Shown here piece by piece: positions 29,798 to 37,734 of a stretch of DNA of 64,000 bases. The first letter of the stretch is position 1; the number at the start of each line of letters is the position of its first letter. The stretch covers positions 186,290 to 250,289 of the IMG/VR virus record IMGVR_UViG_3300017917_001996. One strand, 5' to 3'. The notes beneath the pieces were generated by a model. The model searched no databases and had not been told where the DNA came from. It saw nothing but the letters and a program-made list of their open reading frames with translations. The position numbers were made by a program, and so were the translations under genes.

Positions 29798-30712
29798 ATG
29801 AGCGCTGAAAATTCTCTAATTAAAAGACCGTATTCATCAGAATCCTATTCTCTCGAACAGTTACAGGAATTTGCTCGATGTGCTGACCCAATCAACGGGC
29901 CCAGGCATTTCATGAGTAATTACTTTTATATACAGCATCCTATCAAGGGCAGAATGAACTATGTGCCCTTTGAATATCAAGATAGACTAATTGAAACATA
30001 TCATAATTATAGATTCAGTATTAGTCTAATGCCTCGACAAACAGGCAAGACAACCAGCGCCGCAGGATATTTATTGTGGTATGCAATGTTTAATCCTGAT
30101 AGTACTATTCTTATTGCTGCACACAAATACACAGGCGCTCAGGAAATTATGCAGCGTATTCGTTATGCTTATGAATTGTGTCCTGACTTTATTCGTGCAG
30201 GTTGTACCAGTTATAACAAGGGCAGTATTGAATTTGAAAATGGGTCGCGTATTGTGTCGCAGACAACCACAGAAACAACAGGTCGTGGTATGTCTATTAC
30301 ACTCCTATACTGTGACGAGTTTGCATTCGTAAGACCTACCATTGCTACAGAATTCTGGACTTCAATTTCGCCTACACTAAGCACTGGTGGTAAGGCTATT
30401 ATTACTAGTACCCCTAACAGTGACGAAGATCAATTTGCCTTGATCTGGAAAGGCAGTCAAAAGTGTATCGACGAGTTTGGCAATAAAACTGAACTTGGTG
30501 TAAATGGGTTTAAAGGTTACCAAGCCAATTGGTGGGAGCATCCTGACCGTGACGAAAAGTGGAAAGCTGAAGAAATAGGTCGTATTGGCGAAGAACGTTT
30601 TCGACGTGAGCACGGGTGTTTATGTGGTTCATCTCTTATTAAAATAAAACATCCTAATGGTCTAATAGAAGAAGTTACTATAAATGCTTTAAAGTCTCTA
30701 TTAAGTTCGTAA
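29798..30712 (+). CDS. terL: Terminase large subunit, N-terminal ATPase part, fused to a 31-aa N-intein
   Basis: PRQTGKTT, YCDEFAF, ITSTPN, FRREHG followed by CLCGSS. Confidence 0.93.
   Translation: MSAENSLIKRPYSSESYSLEQLQEFARCADPINGPRHFMSNYFYIQHPIKGRMNYVPFEYQDRLIETYHNYRFSISLMPRQTGKTTSAAGYLLWYAMFNPDSTILIAAHKYTGAQEIMQRIRYAYELCPDFIRAGCTSYNKGSIEFENGSRIVSQTTTETTGRGMSITLLYCDEFAFVRPTIATEFWTSISPTLSTGGKAIITSTPNSDEDQFALIWKGSQKCIDEFGNKTELGVNGFKGYQANWWEHPDRDEKWKAEEIGRIGEERFRREHGCLCGSSLIKIKHPNGLIEEVTINALKSLLSS
30617..30709 (+). other. Split intein N-fragment (31 aa)
   Basis: Block A CLCGSSLIKIK...EEVTINAL followed by stop. Confidence 0.88.
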
Positions 30713-30740
30713 TTTTTGATGAAACGGTATAAATAATAAT

Positions 30741-31424
30741 ATGAGAAAGCATAAACATCATATTATTCCTAAGCATGCCGGTGGAACCAATGATCCATCA
30801 AATCTAATAGAATTGACTATAGAGGAACATGCAGAAGCTCATCGTTTGTTATATGAAACTTACGGTAGGTGGCAAGATCGTGTAGCCTGGCTAAGTTTGT
30901 CTGGCATAATGACAAACCAAGAAAGGATATATGAGATTTTAAAAAATTCAAATCCCGGCGGGTATAAGCATTCTGAAGAAATAAAAAAACAACTTTCTGA
31001 AATGCGTAAAGGTAATAAAAATCCAATGTTTGGAAAAGTTGCTGCTAATAGTGGAATTAAACGACCTGGTATCGGTGGCCGGAAAAAAGGGTCAGGATGG
31101 TCTGACGCAGAAAGATTAAAACAATTAGAAGTTCGATCTCAACCGGGTTATTATGATTTTACTAAAGATCCGGAGAGGAATAAAAAAATAAGTCAGGCAA
31201 CTAAAGGTAGAAAAGGTTCGGCATTAGGAAAAAAATGGTTTCATAATAACGAAATTGAAACATATTCATTTAGTTGTCCTATAGGCTTTATACCTGGTAG
31301 GTTACCTGGCAGAAAATCAAACAAGGAAGGACTGCTCTGGTACAATAACGGAATTGTTAATAAGCAATTTAAAGAAGGACAACAAGTAGAAGGATTTACT
31401 CGTGGAAGAATTAATAAAAAATAA
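30741..31424 (+). CDS. Free-standing HNH homing endonuclease (NUMOD3)
   Basis: HKHHIIPKHAGG..DPSNLIELTIEEHAEAH; HSEEIKKQLS; own TATAAATA at 30728-30735. Confidence 0.88.
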   Translation: MRKHKHHIIPKHAGGTNDPSNLIELTIEEHAEAHRLLYETYGRWQDRVAWLSLSGIMTNQERIYEILKNSNPGGYKHSEEIKKQLSEMRKGNKNPMFGKVAANSGIKRPGIGGRKKGSGWSDAERLKQLEVRSQPGYYDFTKDPERNKKISQATKGRKGSALGKKWFHNNEIETYSFSCPIGFIPGRLPGRKSNKEGLLWYNNGIVNKQFKEGQQVEGFTRGRINKK

Positions 31425-31734
31425 CATCGGCCTGCAAATTTTAACAGACACAGGCTGGTCTGATTTTTCAGGACTTCTAGTAAGGGGCAGAAAGAAAACG
31501 GTACAAATACAAACGACAAATAAAAATGTTATATGTACTCTAGATCATAAATTTTTTAAACCTGATTTTACATTTGTTGAAGCACAACAATTAAGACCTC
31601 GACAAAAAATTCTAACAATTAATGGAACAGAACAAGTAGTATCAATTAAGATTCTTGACGAAAGAGAAGTATACGACTTATTTCATGTCTCGAAAAATTA
31701 TAGATTTTATGCAAACGGTATACTTGCTAAAAAT
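31402..31734 (+). other. Split intein C-fragment (111 aa)
   Basis: QILTDTGW, block B CTLDHKF, block F VYDL, terminal FYANGILAKN then Cys+1. Confidence 0.9.
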
Positions 31735-32469
31735 TGCGAATTCTTAATTTTCGACGAAACACTGATCAATGCTTCTACCTTATTAGAAATGCAGGGCACA
31801 GACCCAATCGAAAAACAAGGACAAGTACGCTGGTATCATAAACCCAAACGTGGAAGTACCTATGTGGTTGCCTTAGATCCAAGTCTTGGTACAGGTGGCG
31901 ATGCTGCTGCTATACAAGTTGTTGAACTGCCAGCATGTAAGCAAGTTGCCGAGTGGCAACACAATAAAACAGATATACGTGGGCAAATTCGAGTACTTAA
32001 AGAAATCTGTAATTATCTTTACGAAGAAATTGGAACACAAAACGACATCTACTACAGTGTTGAGAACAACACCTTAGGAGAAGCTGCCCTAATTGCTATC
32101 AGTGAAGTTGGAGAAGAAAACATACGTGGATCTTTTGCCAGTGAACCGCGTAATGGTCAGTCTCGTAAATATAGAAGAGGTTTTACAACTACAAACAAAT
32201 CAAAACTAGCAGCCTGTGCTAAGTTAAAGAGCTTGATAGAAAGCAAGAAGATGACTATATCTAGCTCTAATTTAATTTCGGAACTTAAGAACTTTGTATC
32301 TCACGGCAGCTCGTTTGAAGCTAAAATTGGCGAAACTGACGACCTAGTAATGGCAATGATCCTGGTTATCCGTGTGATACAGTATCTACAGAGCTTTGAT
32401 CCCACTCTAGACAGTTATGTTAAGGATCACGACGAGTTCATAGAACCCATGCCCTTTATTTTGATGTAA
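31402..32469 (+). CDS. terL: 111-aa C-intein fused to terminase large subunit C-terminal nuclease part
   Basis: GTG start with GAAGGA SD; after N|CEFL: ALDPSLGTGGD, VENN, DDLVMA. Confidence 0.92.
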   Translation: MEELIKNNIGLQILTDTGWSDFSGLLVRGRKKTVQIQTTNKNVICTLDHKFFKPDFTFVEAQQLRPRQKILTINGTEQVVSIKILDEREVYDLFHVSKNYRFYANGILAKNCEFLIFDETLINASTLLEMQGTDPIEKQGQVRWYHKPKRGSTYVVALDPSLGTGGDAAAIQVVELPACKQVAEWQHNKTDIRGQIRVLKEICNYLYEEIGTQNDIYYSVENNTLGEAALIAISEVGEENIRGSFASEPRNGQSRKYRRGFTTTNKSKLAACAKLKSLIESKKMTISSSNLISELKNFVSHGSSFEAKIGETDDLVMAMILVIRVIQYLQSFDPTLDSYVKDHDEFIEPMPFILM

Positions 32470-32501
32470 CTAAATATAGTATTAGGACTCAAGGTCGGAA
32501 T

Positions 32502-33917
32502 ATGAAAAATATTGAAAAAATAGCTGAGGAACTGTTTGACAAGATCCGTAGTAGATTTGAAAAGATCACCATTGGTAACGAAGAAGCCAATGAAACTGAT
32601 GATCCTGCTCAGGCACGTTTCTTTAATTTTGATTATGTTGACAGGAATGGAAAAAACTACGGCAACATCATGATTAATATCGTTGATGAAGAAAGTTTAA
32701 AAATTTACTTCAGCAAAAACATCAGCGACGAGTTAAGCGAAGAAGAACAACAGGAATGGTACAACTTTCTTAAAGATCTAAGATATTTTGCCAAGCGTAA
32801 TTTGCTAACATTCGATACCAGAGATATTAGCAGAAACAATTTAACTATAAGAGATGTAAAACAAGTAGCCAAAGATACATCAGTTGTGGATTCATCTGCG
32901 GCACCTACCAATACTGCTACTTCAGTTAACGAAAGCAAGTTATATGGTAGCACAAGAACCAGTATCCAAGAGTTTGGCCCTGTACGTTTAATCATTCGTC
33001 ACAACGAAGCAGTTAACGAAGAAATTCCTGGGGCACGTAGCCGCAAGATCCGTGCCTTGTTCATTGAGACAGATCAGGGCGAACGTTTCCGTATGCCGTT
33101 TACTAAACTAAGTGCGGGTCGTGCCATGGCACAACACCTAGCACACGGTGGACAAGTTCATGACGAAGCTGGACATCACATTGTGGAGATGGTCGAAGAA
33201 ATGAATAGTCTAGCATTCTTTGCTCGTAACACAAGACATAGGATGTTCGAAGAATCTGAAACACAAGCCATGGTTGAAGCCGCAGTTGAACGTTATCAAA
33301 CACTACGTTCAAATCTAAAGCACATGGGCGGCACTCGTGGTTATCAAAACTTTGCTGAAAATTTTGTACCAAATACTCCAGTTGACGAAGAATTTGATTT
33401 AGATGCACTTAAAGAACGTTTTGTTAAAAAGATGTTTGATGAGAGATTAACACAGGCATTACCTTATGTACAACGAGCATATCAGCAAAGACAAGCTGAA
33501 TCTAATGATCGATATGTTAACGAATTTGATACATGGGCCGACGATTTGGTGCAAGAGCAAGACGATGCAGAAACGCAAAATATAATGAAACTTGCCGATG
33601 TTATGCAGTCGCCTATTGCGGTAGGCATTGATGGTATTGATGCAATTAATGCCATCAAAGATTACGTATCCGATGACCAACTCTTTTCGGATATTACAGA
33701 ACTAAGTCGTAATGCTGGAATTGAAGCAGATGCTCGTCCACTAATTAACCAATGGGCAATGGACCAAGGCCATTCGGCATTGTACACCTCGGAACCAACT
33801 ATTCCGACACAAGAACCTCCTGTACAAGATGACGATCAGCCGATAGCACCAAAACCGGAAGCAGATATTACAGAATCCGGTTTGCGGATGTTAAAAAGGC
33901 TAGCAGGACTAGCATAA
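32502..33917 (+). CDS. Conserved late/virion protein
   Basis: TAAATA at 32471; acidic; C-terminal LKRLAGL. Confidence 0.65.
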   Translation: MKNIEKIAEELFDKIRSRFEKITIGNEEANETDDPAQARFFNFDYVDRNGKNYGNIMINIVDEESLKIYFSKNISDELSEEEQQEWYNFLKDLRYFAKRNLLTFDTRDISRNNLTIRDVKQVAKDTSVVDSSAAPTNTATSVNESKLYGSTRTSIQEFGPVRLIIRHNEAVNEEIPGARSRKIRALFIETDQGERFRMPFTKLSAGRAMAQHLAHGGQVHDEAGHHIVEMVEEMNSLAFFARNTRHRMFEESETQAMVEAAVERYQTLRSNLKHMGGTRGYQNFAENFVPNTPVDEEFDLDALKERFVKKMFDERLTQALPYVQRAYQQRQAESNDRYVNEFDTWADDLVQEQDDAETQNIMKLADVMQSPIAVGIDGIDAINAIKDYVSDDQLFSDITELSRNAGIEADARPLINQWAMDQGHSALYTSEPTIPTQEPPVQDDDQPIAPKPEADITESGLRMLKRLAGLA

Positions 33918-33950
33918 TAAAAAGGCAGATCAATTCTGCCTTTTTTCTTG
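33918..33950 (+). terminator. Terminator, copy 1 of the direct repeat flanking the OMP gene
   Basis: AAAAGGCAGA-TCAAT-TCTGCCTTTTTT. Confidence 0.85.
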
Positions 33951-33976
33951 CGTAATCAAAAAACATATTCTATAAT
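33948..33976 (+). promoter_or_regulatory. Sigma70-type promoter
   Basis: TTGCGT-17-TATAAT. Confidence 0.7.
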
Positions 33977-34012
33977 AGTCGGAGTCTATGACTATTTAGA
34001 AGGAAATAAAAT

Positions 34013-34465
34013 ATGAAGAAAATCGCAATCGCATCTGTAATCGCTTTGGCTGCTACCGCAGCATCTGCATTAGAAGTTGGCACATCTGTCACTCGTGACT
34101 ACTCTGGCGCAGAAAACCGTAATGGTGGCGGTATTAACCTAACTCAGCGTTATGGTGCAGTTGGCGTTACAGCCGGCTTTGATCGCTTTACAAAAGGCGA
34201 AAATGACCAAGATCGTTACAGCGTTGTCGCTGGCTATGATGTTGCTAAGGTTGGCTCATTCACAGTGACTCCTAAGTTAGGTGTTGCGTATTTGAACAAC
34301 CAAGTTGGTGAAAACGGCTATGCAATGACCGCAGGTGTTGGTGTTTCTACACCTATTACTAAACGAGTCACCCTAGGGCTAGACCTAGCAAGTCAACGTG
34401 GCCAAGACCGCGTTAAAGCCAGTGATGGCAACACTGTAGCAGTTGGCCTAAGCTATAAGTTCTAA
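34013..34465 (+). CDS. Small outer-membrane beta-barrel protein (OmpA/Ail/Lom-like)
   Basis: Signal peptide MKKIAIASVIALAATAASA; alternating beta strands; terminal VGLSYKF beta-signal. Confidence 0.85.
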   Translation: MKKIAIASVIALAATAASALEVGTSVTRDYSGAENRNGGGINLTQRYGAVGVTAGFDRFTKGENDQDRYSVVAGYDVAKVGSFTVTPKLGVAYLNNQVGENGYAMTAGVGVSTPITKRVTLGLDLASQRGQDRVKASDGNTVAVGLSYKF

Positions 34466-34485
34466 TTTGAAAATTAGACTTAACC

Positions 34486-34517
34486 TAAAAGGCAGATTTA
34501 TTCTGCCTTTTTCTTTG
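34486..34517 (+). terminator. Terminator, copy 2 of the direct repeat
   Basis: AAAAGGCAGA-TTTAT-TCTGCCTTTTT. Confidence 0.85.
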
Positions 34518-34544
34518 ACATTGATAAATACTATATCATATACT
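34515..34544 (+). promoter_or_regulatory. Sigma70-type promoter with nested late ATAAATA for the ssb gene
   Basis: TTGACA-18-TATACT; ATAAATA at 34524-34530. Confidence 0.6.
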
Positions 34545-34611
34545 AATGCTTGTGCATTATTGTATGATTAGGCACTTTGTAAGACCATCTTAATTTTAAG
34601 GAGAAAACATT

Positions 34612-35643
34612 ATGGCAACATCATTGGCAGAAATTCGCGCTCGATTACAAGCGGCTGAGAACCGTGGCTCAACTGGTTCAACTATGAATGGCGAGTCAGC
34701 CATTTACGCACACTGGAACATTGCGGAAGGTACCAGTGCAAAAGTTCGATTCCTTCCTGACGCAGATACTAATAACACCTTCTTCTGGGTCGAACGAGCA
34801 ATGATCAAGCTCCCATTTAGCGGAGTAAAGGGACAAGTAGATAGCAGACCAGTTGTTGTACAAGTTCCTTGTATGGAAATGTATGGTAAAGATGTTCCGT
34901 GTCCAATCCTTACTGAAGTCCGTACTTGGTTTAAGGATCCATCACTGGAAGATATGGGTCGCAAGTACTGGAAAAAGAAGTCGTATCTCTTTCAAGGTTT
35001 TGTTCGAGAAAATCCGCTGGCAGACGATAAAGCACCTGAAAACCCAATTCGTAGATTCATTATTAGTCCACAGATTTTTAATCTCATTAAGGCTGCGCTT
35101 ATGGATCCTGAACTTGAGAATCTTCCGACTGACTATGATGCTGGTTTGGATTTCACTATTACTAAGACTAGCAAGGGTGGGTACAGTGACTACAACACCA
35201 GCAAGTGGGCAAGAAAAGAAACAGCCCTAACATCCACAGAACAAGCTGCTATCGAGAATTACGGTTTGTTTGATCTATCCAGCTTCCTACCTAAGAAGCC
35301 TGGCGATGTTGAACTTAAGGTTATCAAGGAAATGTTTGAGGCCAGCGTTAACGGCGAAGAATACGATCCTGAGCGCTGGGGTCAATACTTCAAGCCAAGT
35401 GGTATGAACATCGGTGGCAATGCGGCTGTACCAGCATCTGATGTAGATGCCGCAGAAGCAAGTTTTAAAGCCCCTACTACACCGGCACCAACAGCCGCAG
35501 CACCTGCTGAATCGGCTAGTTCTCCCTGGGAAGACGATGCTGCTGAAGCAGCCGAAGCACCTGTTGTTACACCTAGTGCTAACAAAACATCAAGCCAACG
35601 TGCCGAAGACATCTTGGCAATGATCCGTAATCGTCAGAAGTAA
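34612..35643 (+). CDS. Single-stranded DNA-binding protein (gp32-like)
   Basis: VRFLPD, CMEMYG..CPI, YNTSKW, acidic tail; upstream of uvsX. Confidence 0.88.
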   Translation: MATSLAEIRARLQAAENRGSTGSTMNGESAIYAHWNIAEGTSAKVRFLPDADTNNTFFWVERAMIKLPFSGVKGQVDSRPVVVQVPCMEMYGKDVPCPILTEVRTWFKDPSLEDMGRKYWKKKSYLFQGFVRENPLADDKAPENPIRRFIISPQIFNLIKAALMDPELENLPTDYDAGLDFTITKTSKGGYSDYNTSKWARKETALTSTEQAAIENYGLFDLSSFLPKKPGDVELKVIKEMFEASVNGEEYDPERWGQYFKPSGMNIGGNAAVPASDVDAAEASFKAPTTPAPTAAAPAESASSPWEDDAAEAAEAPVVTPSANKTSSQRAEDILAMIRNRQK

Positions 35644-35653
35644 AATGTAAACT

Positions 35654-35690
35654 GAGAACCCTGCCGGTGCAACACCGGTGGGTTTCTTTC
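35654..35690 (+). terminator. Rho-independent terminator
   Basis: GC-rich stem GCCGGTG-CAA-CACCGGT followed by a T-rich tract. Confidence 0.7.
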
Positions 35691-35706
35691 TATAAGGGGA
35701 ATATCA

Positions 35707-36771
35707 ATGGCCAAACCTTTTGACCTAAGTAAATTTAGAAAAAACATCACAAAAAGTATTGAAGGCTTGAGTATCGGATTTAACGATCCAACAGACTGGG
35801 TTAGTACTGGTAACTATGCACTTAACTATTTGATCTCTGGAGACTTCCATCGCGGAGTACCCTTGGGCAAAGTTACTGTGTTTGCTGGCGAATCTGGCGC
35901 AGGCAAATCTTATATCTGTTCAGGTAATTTAATTCGACACGCACAAGAACAAGGCATCTATCCAATTCTAATCGATTCGGAAAATGCTCTAGACGAAGCT
36001 TGGTTACACGCACTAGGCGTTGACACCAGTGAAGAAAAACTATTAAAAGTTAATATGGCTATGATTGATGACGTAGCCAAAATGATTTCGGAGTTTGTCA
36101 AAGAATACAAAACATTACCCGATGACCAGCGTCCTAAGGTCTTGTTCATTCTCGACAGCCTTGGTATGTTGTTGACACCTACTGATGTTAATCAGTTTGA
36201 AGCAGGTGAAATGAAAGGTGACTTGGGTCGTAAGCCTAAAGCACTGACAGCACTTGTTCGTAACTGTGTTAACATGTTTGGTAGCTTGAACATTGGTCTG
36301 GTTGCCACTAACCATACCTATGCTAGCCAGGACATGTTTGACCCGGATGACAAGATCAGCGGTGGTCAAGGCTTTATCTATGCCAGCTCGATTGTTGTTG
36401 CTATGAAGAAACTCAAACTTAAAGAGGACGATGATGGCAATAAGATTAGTGAGGTACGCGGTATCCGTGCTGCTTGTAAGATCATGAAAACTCGTTACGC
36501 AAAACCTTTTGAAAGCGTACAGGTTAAGATTCCCTACGAGACAGGTATGAATCCGTATTCTGGTCTCACCGATCTGGTTGAAGCCAAAGGTATGCTTAAG
36601 AAGGAAGGCAATAGTCTTGTGTATACTACAACAGACGGCGAAATCATTAAGAAGTTCCGCAAGGGCTGGGAACGTAATGATGATGGTTGCTTGGATGTGA
36701 TTATGAAAGATATTACTGCAAATCCTCAAGCCATAAGTAGTCAAGCAACAGTTGAAGAAACTGTTGAATAA
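35707..36771 (+). CDS. uvsX: RecA-like recombinase UvsX
   Basis: AGESGAGKS, IDSENA, LDSLG, TNHTY, SGG. Confidence 0.95.
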   Translation: MAKPFDLSKFRKNITKSIEGLSIGFNDPTDWVSTGNYALNYLISGDFHRGVPLGKVTVFAGESGAGKSYICSGNLIRHAQEQGIYPILIDSENALDEAWLHALGVDTSEEKLLKVNMAMIDDVAKMISEFVKEYKTLPDDQRPKVLFILDSLGMLLTPTDVNQFEAGEMKGDLGRKPKALTALVRNCVNMFGSLNIGLVATNHTYASQDMFDPDDKISGGQGFIYASSIVVAMKKLKLKEDDDGNKISEVRGIRAACKIMKTRYAKPFESVQVKIPYETGMNPYSGLTDLVEAKGMLKKEGNSLVYTTTDGEIIKKFRKGWERNDDGCLDVIMKDITANPQAISSQATVEETVE

Positions 36772-36787
36772 CTTCTAAAGGAAAAAT

Positions 36788-37015
36788 ATGAGCATTGAAG
36801 TAGATGTTCTCAGCGAAGTATATACTATTTTAAAGCAATACATTCCACAAAAAGATCGCCAGGAAGCTGCTGACCATATTATGAGCGTTGTAGTTGATTT
36901 ACTCGACGATAACGAACTTAAAGAATTCGGCGCTACTGATAACAATTTAAGTCGTGCATTTAAGGAATACGCCGGAGATGCTGACGACGAAGATTATGAG
37001 GACTACGACGAATAA
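36788..37015 (+). CDS. Small acidic hypothetical protein
   Basis: AAGGA SD; between uvsX and uvsY. Confidence 0.75.
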   Translation: MSIEVDVLSEVYTILKQYIPQKDRQEAADHIMSVVVDLLDDNELKEFGATDNNLSRAFKEYAGDADDEDYEDYDE

Positions 37016-37467
37016 TGTGGTACAATCGAGTTGTCGATGACATCTCAAACATACCGGACTTTATCACTTACTACGAAAATGAACTGGAGATAGCTAAGAA
37101 AGAATGCCGTATCTCCGGTCATGTAGAAAAGAGTATTTCTGCTTTACCCGGTATTACCGAGCACCGTTTTAATCAACTACAGGAGATTGAAGCGGTGCTT
37201 AACTACCTCAACATCCAGCTACGCAAAATTCGACGTAAGCATTTCCAAAAGTATTTGGAAGCCTATAATCGAGTTTTAACTAGCCGTGATGCTGAAAAGT
37301 ATGTTGACGGCGAAGATGAAGTTATCGACTACGAAACAATTATTAACAGCGTGGCTCTGTTGCGTAATAAGTACTTGGGCATACTCAAGGGACTAGAGAG
37401 TAAGAACTTTATGCAAGGGCATTTAGTTAGACTCAAATGTGCCGGTATGGAAGATTATACCATTTAA
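37015..37467 (+). CDS. uvsY: Recombination mediator UvsY-like protein
   Basis: 150-aa helical protein; KYVDGE...ILKGLESKNF...RLKCAG; near uvsX. Confidence 0.75.
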   Translation: MWYNRVVDDISNIPDFITYYENELEIAKKECRISGHVEKSISALPGITEHRFNQLQEIEAVLNYLNIQLRKIRRKHFQKYLEAYNRVLTSRDAEKYVDGEDEVIDYETIINSVALLRNKYLGILKGLESKNFMQGHLVRLKCAGMEDYTI

Positions 37468-37468
37468 A

Positions 37469-37729
37469 GTGAAAACATCTCAGCAACGGGCACAAGATTT
37501 ACTAGATCAATGGCAGCAGTTTAGAACCAGTGGTATCTGTGCCGATCTTTGGAATATACAAGAAAGCAAAGAGCAGCTAGAGCACCTTGCTCTTGGATTG
37601 TCTACTATTCTATACTGTAATCCTGAAGATGTTAGTTTGGATCAGTCTTGTCAAGACTTTGAGCGTGAGCTTAGTAGATTTAAAAACAAAATCTACGACG
37701 ACCTGCTCAAGGGTTTAAAAACTAAATAA
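37469..37729 (+). CDS. Hypothetical protein
   Basis: ORF filling the gap; GTG start assumed. Confidence 0.6.
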   Translation: MKTSQQRAQDLLDQWQQFRTSGICADLWNIQESKEQLEHLALGLSTILYCNPEDVSLDQSCQDFERELSRFKNKIYDDLLKGLKTK

Positions 37730-37734
37730 CAGTT

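Noticed and set aside
30713-31401. Group I intron explanation for the terL interruption
   Set aside because: Intein halves sit on both sides, the non-coding gap is under 30 nt with no room for a ribozyme core, and TerL-C has its own SD and start
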